Part shown: positions 1 through 12,212 of the stretch, piece after piece
How positions within the stretch are numbered: position 1 is the first letter of the stretch
How the letters are laid out: every line of letters starts with the position of its first letter
Source: Phoronis australis
Lineage: Eukaryota > Animalia > Phoronida
DNA: 64,000 nucleotides
Assembly: GCA_002633005.1 (NCBI GenBank)
Contig: NMRA01000009.1
Span: forward strand, 1,225,169 to 1,289,168
Reading direction: 5' to 3'
Position numbers and translations under genes: made by a program
Notes under the pieces: model-generated
What the model was told of the DNA's origin: nothing
The model's input: only the letters and a program-made list of their open reading frames with translations
Databases searched by the model: none

Positions 1-699
1 AGTATGCTCACTTACAAGAAAAAATGGAAAGGATAAAAAGTCCCTTTTCGCTGTTTTTGATAACTTAAAACTCCTGCTATTTTTGCAGCATTTTGGCATT
101 TAAATTACTCGGATAAGAAATACTTTAGTTTCTCTTAAAATAGTAATTCGGGAAATTAGGGGGAAGGGTGAAATTTGCGGCAATCAGGATGGGCATTGGG
201 GAAATTGGCTATGACTGGCAATAGTGAAATGCACATACGTCTTTATTCGGGTCGAACACCATATGCATTTTAGGAACTGAAAATAGACAATTTAGTTTAA
301 GAAGTAGTAACGTGCGTCTGTTAGCATACTCGTGCGTGATTTTGTCAAAATGCAAGATATCATTCTTAAAAATACACACGCCGTGTATGCACATATATGG
401 TATCACTAAGTATGCAGGTGTGTCGAGTATTGGTATTATAGTCGATGCATGATTTATTTGTTAACTTAACACAGATGATGATGACCATGATTATGAATAC
501 ATCGACAGTAATGCTCTTCAGCCAGGTAAACAATTGTGGGCTTGCTTGCACTTTTCCAATGCATTGCTTAATAGTCTGGGCTGGTTGCCTAAAACTGCGT
601 TGTTACTATCCAGCGTATAAATTTCATGCAACCTGACCCTGTTCTATGCTATTATTTCACTTGTATGACTACCATTGGAGTTGCTTACAGTTAACAAAC

Positions 700-945
700 A
701 ATTTCCCGAATTCATTGTGTGCCCACATGTGTGGATGCCTAGTGCCTACCATAGGATCATGTTCGGCATCACGCCATCCACAGCTGTACCTCTAAACCCA
801 TTCCAGGATCTGTGTGATATTCGACAGGTGGTTAAGGATAGCCATCAGAAAAATTACGCTGCTGCTGTGGTGCTTGATGGGATTTTTTTGCTTTATACCT
901 GCATTAAGGAGGGATGTCACTCAAACATTTTCTTATGGCTCTGTC
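700..945 (+). mobile_element. Possible degenerate LINE reverse-transcriptase fragment
   Basis: LNPFQ...DIRQ...AAAVVLD...LL...G..SNIFLWL loosely follows non-LTR RT domain order, but the key AFD motif is missing. Confidence 0.25.
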
Positions 946-2250
946 ATGTTGTGCACGGTTTGTCAGGCTCTGTCCCTCTCTCTCTCTCTCTCTGCTAAAT
1001 GGTTTTGATGATCATCATGAAATTTGAGGAATAAGCTCTCGGTAATGAAAGCATGTTTGAGGTTGATTTTCAGACAGATTGGAATGCCTCATTGGCCCAA
1101 GAGGCACTTCTGCTATTACATTTAGTGGCAGTATTATTTTTTGCGCTTGCCTAATTATATACTCCAAGTTCTTTAATTAAAGGAGTGTCATAGAATTTTG
1201 GTAGGTGTATTCCTGTTAAAACGGGAGTTCGAATTTTGATGACATTCAGTCTGGTCCTACACTTGCCCCTCCCCCCTTGTGGTGGTGTTACCTTTCCATC
1301 TGCCTCTGTAACTATCAATATCATTTACATTACTCTGAGATGTTTTAAAATCTTTTTATAATGCAGTGCAGCCTTGTTGCGTGCCGTGCCAGCCGAATCA
1401 CTAAACAGTTGCGCTCACTATGTGAAACAAACACTAATTTCAGAGTACCGTATTCGCCCTAATAAGCACCCAGGGCGCTTAGAAAAATTCACTTCAGGAA
1501 GGGGGGCACTTATTATAGCCCAAAGTGGTTGAAACCCGGTCTCTGAAAGAGGTGAAATCGTAAGCTAGAATTCGTCAAATTTTCGCTCTGTGACACATTT
1601 TATAACCTATGACAGAGTTTCTACAAAATTGCAGTGCATTGCTATCAAACTCTGTTGTTAAATTTCGAGCATTTTTCAGAAATCCCAGTGCAAAAACTAG
1701 CCAACTGATGCATCACTGCCTCGCCATCGCCGATAGGTCAACTTGAATATAGTTTCATCTCGACAAATTACCGGAAGTCCTTAAGTTTTCAGAATAGCGT
1801 CCCTAACATTTTGAAGTTTCTGTGGAGTCGGGATTAAGTGCATATTAAGTCCAAATCTGCGCTAGATCGTACTCCACAACACGAGAACACGAACACACAT
1901 GTTGTCACGTGATGTTTGTTTTGAAGTTCGTATACGTGAGTGAGCGAGCGCGTGCGTGTCATCAGAGTTCATATGCCAGAGTAAACGTGATATAACATTC
2001 TAGGTGTGCAGCTACAGAAATTAACACAAGCAATACAGCAGAACTTGTTTTATTTAGCACTTGTTGATCTCATCTGCTAAAAAACATTCAAGAATGTTTT
2101 CGGTAAGGCCGATATTGAGATGCCGGGTGACTGGATGCGTAACATTATAACAGTTATTTTTCAGGAGATTTTGGGGGGGTGTAAGGGTGCAGAAGTGTTC
2201 ACTATCATTGGGTCATTTTGACTTTAAAAACCCCAATTACAACTATAAAG

Positions 2251-3465
2251 ATTATTGTCACGGCGTGACAATAATGGACTCTGCGCGTGCGTATTTTAGG
2301 AATTGTTATGGAAAATCATTGACAACAACCTGTTTACTAATATGAAAGGGAATTCTTTTAAACTGTAGGAGAAATTACATCTTAATATTTTGATGACCTT
2401 TGCACTGATTGACCCCTTCTGATGCATTATGAACCCTGATGAGGGAATAAGTGTAAACTCGATTAAAAGTGTGGTTAATGCTAAGAATCACAGATGTCTT
2501 ACTTAAAGCACTTAAGAATACATGATGAAAGAATTGGTCAAACTTTCAGGAGAAAAATGCACCTAATGACTCCATAGGTGCACCAAATGACCTGCAACTT
2601 TAGAATTCAAACTCAATCGCATTTACTAAACAGATGTGTAATTTTGAAGTCTCTAGCTCAAAATTTTAGTTTGCACTTAATGACCTTTGACCTATTTCTT
2701 CTGATTGGATGGGCCTGTTGCTTAGTAGGGCATTCAATTTACACCAGTGTGCTGAAATTGAAAAGAATTCCTTGGAAAATGCACGAGATATAACATGTTG
2801 AAGGTTGAATGACCTTTGCACTAATTGACCCGATCCGGTGCATTATAAGCATCTTAAGGAGAATTATTGCAAAGCCCGTAAAAAGTGTGTTTAATGCTGA
2901 TAATCACAGTTGTCTAACGGTCGACACATCAGAATATTTGGTGTATGAAAAAGACAAATTTTCAGAAGAAATTGCACCTAATGACCCCATGGTTGCACTA
3001 AATGACCTGAAACTTTGTATTTCGAATTGAGTTAGAGGTACCAATCAGACTTGTGAATTTGAAGTGTCTAGCTCAAAATTTTTGTTTGCGTCTAATGACC
3101 TTTGACGTGTTTTATCTGATTGGATGATTTGATTACTTAGAAAAGTAACGTTTTAAATTGTCTTCTTGACCTGTGCACCGAATTTGAAAAAGATAGCTTT
3201 AAAACTGAAGAAGGAGTAGCATTTTGAAAATTATATGACCTTTGCACCAAACGACCTCTTCTGGTGCAGCACCCAATTCGGATTTATTAAGCCTCAAAGT
3301 TGATCGGAAGAAGAATAAGAAGAAGAACAAGAATAAAATTGAAGAAAACCCAAGAACAACTGACAGTACTCATACTCTGCGCTTGCATGCGCAGAGTAAT
3401 AAGAAGAGTAAAATTGAAGAAAACCCAGGAACAGCAGTACTCTGGGCTTACACGCGCAGAGTAAT
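2251..3465. mobile_element. Helentron/HINE-like element nested in copy 1
   Basis: Terminal perfect hairpin ATTATTGTCAC-GGC-GTGACAATAAT; sub-terminal ACTCTGCGC; ~420-bp internal units starting ATGACCTTTGCAC at ~2392, ~2809 and ~3235; (GAA/AAG) microsatellite; terminal hairpin ACTCTGCGC..GCGCAGAGT. Absent from the other host-element copies. Confidence 0.65.
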
Positions 3466-3654
3466 TAATTTAATAATTCCTTCTAAAAATAACACAAACA
3501 TTTTTACGATATTAGAAACTTTCGGAAATAAGAGCCAGTATTCTTGTCGATGCTATGGTACCTGTTTCATGAATGAATAGTTCCCGAAGACTAATCTTCG
3601 ATGACAGATACTTGTATGTAGCGCGCGCTTCCTGGCCACGTGTTTTTAACTAAG

Positions 3655-3980
3655 GTCAAGTTTTTATTAGTCTTCTATTCACAGTTTTCACATATACAGA
3701 AAATTTGGATTCCTGTTGAGGGAGAAGATCTGTACGGGAAAGATAAAATACAATCCCTTTGACAAGTATGCTGCATCTGTACTGAAAGGCCAGACCATAA
3801 TAGGACCCCTTGTAAGATCGGCAAAACTTTTGCGTTCTTTTTGAAGCACGGAGGAAGTTTGAAGTGCATAGTCCCAGCTAAATACTGACATAGCGGCGAG
3901 GCTCATGGTCTACAAATTCTGCACACAATGATTTTTTCAGGACTGTTGGATCTTATTGATAAATTGAAGACATTTTAGAA
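3655..3980 (+). pseudogene. Frameshifted HIRAN-domain gene inside transposon copy 1
   Basis: Fragments SIHSFHIY / KIWIPVEGEDL / YNPFDKYAASVLKGQTIIG / TFAFFLKHGGSLKC / HGLQI..MIFSG. Confidence 0.7.
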
Positions 3981-4609
3981 CTGTAGGTTTGGCATTTTTC
4001 GCATGTACACGGCATTCATGGACTGGGCGCTTATTTTAGCAAAGGCGGGAAACGCGTGAGGGGGTGCTTATATGGGCATGGGCGCTTATTAGGGCGAATA
4101 TGGTAATATATTTTTGGCGAAACAAGAACCTTTATCTCACAATATTTTTAAGAAAGATTATATTTCTCTACTGAGCTTCGGGAAGATTGAACCAGAATTT
4201 AGAAATGAAAGAAGGAATTGTTGGAGACCAGTGGAAGAACAGATGCGACTGGGAGAGGAACAAATATCTGCCGAAATGTTCTCTGAAACTTGAAACACGG
4301 CTATCCTGGTTGAAGGAATTCATAACTGTATCTGTATAAACATGGATGCGCCTTTATTTAATGCTTCTCTTTACAATAGATAAGAAGACATGAATTAAAA
4401 TTCTAAATGAAAAGCTTATCATGCTAATCACTAAAACAGGCCAATATCTAATAATTTATTAGCTTAACATAGTCGTAAATCATAATCGTAAATTTAATGT
4501 AATTTAATGTCTACTGCAAGACAGTGTTTTGAATCAAAATGTGATTGCCATAAGTGGATGCTGTAAACTAAATCATGGTGAACCATTTGTCAGCTTCACT
4601 GTTTGTTGT

Positions 4610-4886
4610 GAGAAGATACTGAAGGCCTGCTACTAATATTTCTAAATATGAGAAGATACTGAAGGCCTGTTACTCATATTTCTAAATATGAGAAGATACT
4701 GAAGGCTTGTTACTAATATTTCTAAATATTAGAAGATACTGAAGGCCTGTTACTAATGTTTCTAAATATGAGAAGATACTAAAGGCCTGCTACTAATATT
4801 TCTAAATATGAGGAAATACTGAAGGCCTGCTACTAATATTTCTAAATATGAGAAGATACTGAAGGCCTGTTACTAATACTTCTAAA
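4610..4886. repeat. 40-bp minisatellite, 7 copies
   Basis: GAGAAGATACTGAAGGCCTG(T/C)TACTAATATTTCTAAATAT units starting at 4610, 4650 ... 4850. Confidence 0.95.
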
Positions 4887-6488
4887 GTGTCTGCCTTTAT
4901 TAGTAAACTTCATGGGCGTGCATCAGAACCGTCAGCGACATGGCCCAGACAATGAGTCTACTAGCCTAAGACAAGTCCTAGTTTAAAAAAAATAATTTAA
5001 AAAAGCATTTCCATTACAAAGTCGATTAGTAATGTTTTAAACTTTATTTCTCATTTTAGATTAGAATAGTCACATTCACTTAACACATAAGAACAATTTT
5101 CCTGTTTGTCAACACGACTGTGTCAAATACAAAATAATTACCACTATCATTCCCATCCATATTGTTTACCCTCTTCCAAGAGAAGTGAGGATTTTAGGAG
5201 GTTGTTTTATGTCTTTAATCAAATGTGTTGAAAAGTTAAAATCCTAGAGTACATTCTCACCATAGGCTTACCTCTGCTTAGGACTTTGTGCAAAAGGTCA
5301 TTCGGTACATTTTGATTAAAAAAACATTGAATAAGTAGCAGAAGACCAGTATAGCTTGAATACTGAAGTTTGAAGCATTCTGAATTAATATCTTTAAGTT
5401 AGCCATAACAAACAATTTAATACTAGAAATTCAGAGCGTATGTCCGTCACATACGTCTGTCATACTCACTCACCTTACATCAAGTTGTGTGAATAAATAT
5501 TTCTTAGAAGATATCACCAAAAACAATATCTTGTATTTTACAAACATTCCACTAAATCATCATATAAAACAAAAAATTGTAACTTCATGCAACTCACAAA
5601 TTTTTTTCAAAAATTCGAATTCTCTGTGTAGGTCCATCACACCCATGTCAAGGTAATTTTCTCGGCCAGATAAAAAGATAGAAGAAAGTTGATACATATT
5701 TTGAAAGCTATCAATAAGACCTAACAGTTGATATATCATTTTCTTAATATGAATTTTTTCACAATTGACCAAAATGTTCTCTGATTGTACATTTGTCACA
5801 AATGGAATTGCCCGTGTAATGTTTTAAACTTTTTGTTCTTGTGGTGTTGCCTGATTACTGAGTGGCATACCTTAGATTTAAACAACCTTTACGAAACATC
5901 ATAATAAGAATTTTGACTCCTTGGTGTCTTTGTGGTTACCATTATCACTGTTGGAAGTCCATGGTCACATAATTTTGAAACATGGTTAAAATTCCAATGC
6001 ACATTCAGCTCTAAAGAAAAAATGTTATTGTATTTTTGAGACTACCTTGAACATGTACATCACGTTAAATTTTGGTTATGTTACTGATACCATTATTTTA
6101 CTATGTAGTGTGTACCTTTATTTTTTCCTTAATTTTACTAAAAGACATGATAATGTGACCCAATCGATGACAGATTGCTAGAAATTAAGTGATACCGTAA
6201 ATCCTATGGAAGATCCTTTCATCTTTATTAGGTGGATGTTTGGCTAGGTGTACAGACACGCCAGTAACCCTTAAATCATCAGTATTGATTCATACGCCCA
6301 GATATAATGCTTTCCAGCGCTTTCTGGGCTTTACTTCTATTGTACGTTGTGTTTTTCGTAATAAACATAAATAAGTTGATTCAGTATTTCCTGATTTTGG
6401 AATCACTTATACCTTCATCGTATTTTTTCAAAAATGCATTACTCACTTCAATTTTCATTGTTAACCTTAACATTTTTATGCACGTTAC

Positions 6489-7917
6489 CAGGAAGAGATA
6501 ACCAGGAAGGGACAACTGTTTTAGCGCATTTTAACGGATATTCAAAAGTGATTTCAAAAGTAAATGTTAAAGTCGTCTGGAATCCAAGCATTGTGTTTGA
6601 AATCTTAACTCTTCAGCTATAAAATGACACCACTTTGGTCCCCAAAGACTGCATATTAATGGCACTAGGATGCTTTGAACATGACTTGTTTTACCCTTAA
6701 AAAGATGCCTCTTCCCAGGCATGTACTCGGGCATGATCCTCTTTTTTGAACCAACAGATGTCACTTATATATGCAAATGAGGCTCGCATCTCCNNNNNNN
6801 NNNNNNNNNNNNNNNNNNNNNNNNNNNNNNNNNNNNNNNNNNNNNNNNNNNNNNNNNNNNNNNNNNNNNNNNNNNNNNNNNNNNNNNNNNNNNNNNNNNN
6901 NNNNNNNNNNNNNNNNNNNNNNNNNNNNNNNNNNNNNNNNNNNNNNNNNNNNNNNNNNNNNNNNNNNNNNNNNNNNNNNNNNNNNNNNNNNNNNNNNNNN
7001 NNNNNNNNNNNNNNNNNNNNNNNNNNNNNNNNNNNNNNNNNNNNNNNNNNNNNNNNNNNNNNNNNNNNNNNNNNNNNNNNNNNNNNNNNNNNNNNNNNNN
7101 NNNNNNNNNNNNNNNNNNNNNNNNNNNNNNNNNNNNNNNNNNNNNNNNNNNNNNNNNNNNNNNNNNNNNNNNNNNNNNNNNNNNNNNNNNNNNNNNNNNN
7201 NNNNNNNNNNNNNNNNNNNNNNNNNNNNNNNNNNNNNNNNNNNNNNNNNNNNNNNNNNNNNNNNNNNNNNNNNNNNNNNNNNNNNNNNNNNNNNNNNNNN
7301 NNNNNNNNNNNNNNNNNNNNNNNNNNNNNNNNNNNNNNNNNNNNNNNNNNNNNNNNNNNNNNNNNNNNNNNNNNNNNNNNNNNNNNNNNNNNNNNNNNNN
7401 NNNNNNNNNNNNNNNNNNNNNNNNNNNNNNNNNNNNNNNNNNNNNNNNNNNNNNNNNNNNNNNNNNNNNNNNNNNNNNNNNNNNNNNNNNNNNNNNNNNN
7501 NNNNNNNNNNNNNNNNNNNNNNNNNNNNNNNNNNNNNNNNNNNNNNNNNNNNNNNNNNNNNNNNNNNNNNNNNNNNNNNNNNNNNNNNNNNNNNNNNNNN
7601 NNNNNNNNNNNNNNNNNNNNNNNNNNNNNTTGACTACTGCGCCATCTATACATCGACGGAAAAGCTTAAATACCCGTGACTGCGTGTGGGAAATTGCGAT
7701 TGCGTGCGCTGAAGTCGATATTTTCAAAGTACAATTACACCACTGTTTAAGGTTGAAAAGTGAGTTTTTTTGATATCCTTCTATAGAAAAAGCTTTAATC
7801 TCTCTGACAAAATCATCTGTTTCTTTTTAAACGAAACTTAAGTTCTGAAATTAGTCCGGGGAAAGAGGCCAAAAACGGCGGTTTAGCTAGTTGTCCCTTC
7901 CTGGTTATCTCTTCCTG
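6489..7917. mobile_element. DNA transposon with perfect 29-bp TIRs and 7-bp TSD, spanning the assembly gap
   Basis: TIR CAGGAAGAGATAACCAGGAAGGGACAACT at both ends; ACGTTAC duplicated at 6482-6488 and 7918-7924. Confidence 0.88.
6794..7629. other. Assembly gap (N run)
   Basis: Run of N bases. Confidence 1.
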
Positions 7918-9219
7918 ACGTTACCTATGCCTCGAATGTTCCAATTTTTTAATCATGTATTTATTTGAACAAAATATTTCGCAGTACAGAAAAAGTAGAA
8001 AAAAGAAACACATTCACGCACATATACGGTATATATCACAAACACACCCAGGATCAGAATATTATCAAAGACGAAAATTTAACAAATAGATGAATCGTAG
8101 GGGTCTATCTTTCAACGAGTTAGTCGTGTTGACAATTATTATAGAAAATTACTTTTTCAGGTTAAGCTTGTGATATTTAGAGAGTTCTATTTTGAGTAGC
8201 TGCAAACATGGAACACGAGTTTAATCTCGTTTTATAAATATGATATTTGGCCAAACATATAACCAAATTAAAAACATGTTCCGCACCATGTCTGCCAAAC
8301 AGAACATCATGTAAGTTCCAAATTGTTATCCTCAGTTGGCTTCAACACTGTTGTTTGTGTCAAATGTTTATCAGTCATTTCCAGACCTTTTAATTTTTAA
8401 TGCTGGTGGCTGATTTGAACATCAATTTCTCTTCAGCACATATGTCAACTTTCTTGAAATCTGCACATTTACTTTGTTAGTGTATTTCCTAAGGAGCTGT
8501 GTCATGGATTTTTGATTTGCCTTTGAGCAATAGTCCCTGGGTATAGAATATTTTTAAGGTGTTTTCACAAAGTTAGGGTGTATTGCTTTCAACAATTTTT
8601 ATTTCCTTATTCTTTGATACTTTTCCTCTTGAAGACCATTCATGTTTTGTTATTGGCCACCACAGACATATTGGATATACAGCACTGGCTTCATAGTGAA
8701 ATCTGATTCAGTGTTTGAGAGTGGATCCTTGGCTATTTGATTTGTTTAATAGATTAATGTCACTTTCCCACCAAAACTGCACAGCTCCACATTTTTTGGG
8801 AGTGTGAGAAATTGTATATCCTGTACTTAAGCCACTTTTCACAAGAGACAGTTGTCACCGAGAGTCAGTTGTCACGGCGCGACTTGCTCCACTTTAGTTG
8901 CGTTTACACAACATTAGATCAGCATGAGTCACTTACATCACATTCTCGTAAAGAGATTCATGACTCCATCAAATCTCATGGCCTAACGCAAAAGTACGTG
9001 AGCAGGATTCAAAACTTCGTGAGCAGGATTCAAAACTTCGGGGTCTCATAGCTAATATAGTAACCAAGGTAAACTTTGCTTCTGTAGTCTATGTTTACAT
9101 GAAGACTGTGCATGCTTGCATAAACAATAGCAATGTCCAAACCTCATGGAATGGCAGCTGATAATCCTAATGTACTCTATTGTGTAAGCGCATTTGAAAG
9201 ATGATCCTTTTCCGCCCCT

Positions 9220-9479
9220 CAGGCGGATCCAGGATTTTGAGTTGGAGGGGGGGGCAGGGCTCAGGAATAACCAGAATTTCGCCACATGTGCGCGCCCAGC
9301 CTAATATGTAGGGATGCAGGGGTCTCGAATTTTTGGGTTTGTGAACCTTATTACCAAAAAAGCGATAAACGGAGTTTGTTCAATGCCTATGCATGNCAAT
9401 TTGCACCCCGGACTGCCAAAAGGTATCTGGGAGAATTTTAGGGGGGCATGGCCCCCTTGCCCCCCCAAATCTGCCACTG
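9220..9479. mobile_element. GC-rich hAT-like MITE
   Basis: CAGGCGGATCCAGG...GGGGGG start and GCCCCCC..AAATCTGCCACTG end; imperfect CGCCC flanks. Confidence 0.55.
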
Positions 9480-11848
9480 CGCCCTGCCCCAGTTGTGTTT
9501 AGAGATGTAGTTGAAACTGGAGCAACTGATTCAGTGGAACTTGATGTAACTATGAAACAGGTGTCAAAAACTGGCCACTCAGTGCAGTGTCACTGGCTCT
9601 GTGCCAGTCGGGTTTACATGTGCGCTTTTAACCGATCAGCTATTCCGTGTTAGCTGCGCTGTGTCAGCCGTTTCTTGTGTAAATGCGACTTTAGATAGAC
9701 ATGGCAACTATACTCTCAAGGTTAAGGCGGTATTGCAGAATTGTAAAGCTCCCAGTAATTGCTAGGTGTTGTGACTTGCAGCAGAGTATTCAATTGATAA
9801 TGTGCATCAAGTACGCCATTTGGTTGGGTGTTTAATTCTTGACTGAACCATAACTAAGGAGATTAGGAGTTGGTGAGAAAGGTAACAAGAGTTGTGTTGG
9901 AATTCCATTGGGATTTCGATAAGCCAGAATTTTAAGAACAACAACACGAGACATGAGCCAAAAACTATCATTCAATCCCCCCAACTCCAATGTGCCTTTG
10001 TTGATTTCTGTTTGAATTGTTTTAAGCACTGAATGTACCCAAGAATTAAGTGACAATTTTTAGTACTTATCCAGCTAGTTATAGATTTCTTAATCCTATT
10101 TAAAGGTGCCTTTAGTTTGAAGTTGTTAAGTGTGATCTTGGTCTATGCAGTCACCTAATTTAATCATAATGTATTCGAGCACAAATTGTTTTCCAGTACA
10201 TATTCAAAGTTCCACAAAGCACCCTTCTTGTTCTTGGTCTGATTGATTGTACAGTCTGCCACTTTGCTAATGTTTTAGCCAGACCAAAGTGCTTTCTTTG
10301 AAGGGCCGTTTTCACCAGCTTGTGCTGGTAGTTGGCTTTCTCACCACCAGAATCACTTTTAAAGCAAAGTTGATGTTGAAGCCCATTGTGACTCCCTGCA
10401 GTTAATTGATTACATAACCAGCACCTTTGCTCCTATGGATGTATGTCCTTTGAAGTAAACTTTCTGTCTACAAAAGTGCTTGTAAAAATGCCAGCTGTTT
10501 CAGAGGATAACACAACCCCTCTGTAAAAGTAACCCTTGCAACTGTTCACAATTACTGATGTTTTGACTCTAGCTAAAGTTCCAGAAAACTGCCAGTTAAA
10601 GCACTAACATTCTTACTAGTTTGTGAATGGGTGGTTTAAAATAATAGTTTTAGACTTCAGGCATATGAACTCTGGAATGTTGCACTTGTTACAGGAGTGG
10701 GGATATGTCAAGCCCCACACTGAGTTTTCCAGCTTTTACCTTGCTTGTGAACTTCTGTGGTAAATGGCCACAGCATGTTTAAGAAATAAATCTTTTCAGG
10801 CTAACATGTTCAAACAATGACTGTGGTTTTCATCAACACACTGCACAAACTATGTTAGCTATTTTGCACTTGTGTCCATGGTGGGAACCATTGTGTCAAC
10901 CAGGCAAGAACTGTTTTTATAATCTTTAACATCCTGATAATGTAATGGTTTGTGTTTACTGTCTAAATTCTTTAACATATTGTTCTAGTTAGTAGCTTCT
11001 GTCCCTTAATGTGAAAAAAGTTTTTGTTCAGACCTCCCTAAAATCTCTGTAGATTTGAAACATGTGGGAATATTTTGAAGATATGTGTAAATTTTTGGTG
11101 TCAAAATATTATTAGAGTAGAAAATTGAAAACACTTTTAAGTGAATTAATATTCACCTTAAAAGCTTGAAATAAGAAATAGCAGAACCTTAAATGAAATG
11201 TAAAATCTCACCACAGTGCACAAGTGAATTGCTTTACATTTTTCCATGAAAGACAAATAGTTCATGTCATGCATTTTAATGTCCCGTTGTATGCACCATC
11301 AAGCTGCTATCTAGCAATATGTTGAAAAACTATGGACTTTCACTACTTTGGAAGCCTTTGAAAAGGGAAAAACATGAATTTTGCGTTTACAATTCTTCGA
11401 AATTGATATTTCATTGAATGTTTCAGAGTCTACTAAACACCCAAGCTCATCATTTGTCAGCTTATCTTTCAAAATATGGTGATTTTCTATACATATTTTA
11501 TGTTGCTTCTTTTTTTGACTTTATGCAACATTACTCTGATGAAGTTTGCATCAAAATACTTTTTAACTTTTTTGTAAGTTTTCCTATTGCTTCTACATAT
11601 AATATGTGTGTACTTCATGCATGACTAGACTGGAGGAGAGCAAACGTCAAGCTGATTTTGTTTACTTTTGATGTCACCAGATACCTTAAATGTGGCATAC
11701 CTTAGTTCTCCTTCTTCCACACTATGGCCTGTGTTTGACCCTTCCACTGAGCTGTTGAGATCTGGGAACTTTGGTTATATACTACATAGCTCTGTTGCGT
11801 GATGGTCTTACATGCCTTGTATCTTACTGTTTACTTGAGGTGCTTGAA

Positions 11849-12212
11849 CACGGGTGAGAAACAACATGACCGCGGTCCTCTAAATCGGACTGACTCACCC
11901 AAAACAGGACCTCCGGGGATCAAATGGGACCGTCGCACCAGAAAATGGGACTAACGCACCTAAAAACATGACCGCCCCACCACAAAACAGGACTGCTGGG
12001 GACTGAACATGACCGCCGGGGATTGAAATCGCATATTGTCCGGCGGTCATGTTCAGTCTCCGGTGGTCCTGTTTTCTGGTGGGGCGGTCATGTTTTTAGG
12101 TGCGTTAGTCCCATTTTCTGGTGCGACGGTCCCATTTGATCCCCGGAGGTCCTGTTTTGGGTGAGGCGGTCCGATTTAAGAGGACGGGCGGTCATGTTGT
12201 TTCTCACCCGTG
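11849..12212. mobile_element. Fold-back element with CAC...GTG ends and 5-bp TSD (Transib-like)
   Basis: ~170-bp near-perfect inverted arms around a ~20-bp spacer; TTGAA at 11844-11848 and 12213-12217. Confidence 0.85.

Larger units (their letters stand above)
1448..4103 (+). mobile_element. Tc1/mariner-pogo-like non-autonomous DNA transposon with HIRAN pseudogene (copy 1, both TIRs)
   Basis: TA|CCGTATTCGCCCTAATAAGCACCC ... GGGCGCTTATTAGGGCGAATATGG|TA; internal sequence shared with five other loci in the window. Confidence 0.85.

Noticed and set aside
3242-3580. Lys-rich 112-aa ORF
   Set aside because: Reads through the GAA microsatellite and terminal repeats of a HINE-like element.
4610-4886. 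CRISPR array
   Set aside because: Head-to-tail 40-bp units with no spacers, so a minisatellite.
6697-7727. Four ~300-aa ORFs in the ORF track
   Set aside because: Artefacts of the N run (poly-X translations).
11849-12212. CRISPR-like array or RAG recombination signal sequence
   Set aside because: Units are short and degenerate, mirrored in a palindrome with a TSD, with no unique spacers or cas genes in a eukaryotic context. CACGGGT is not followed by a nonamer at 12/23 spacing.
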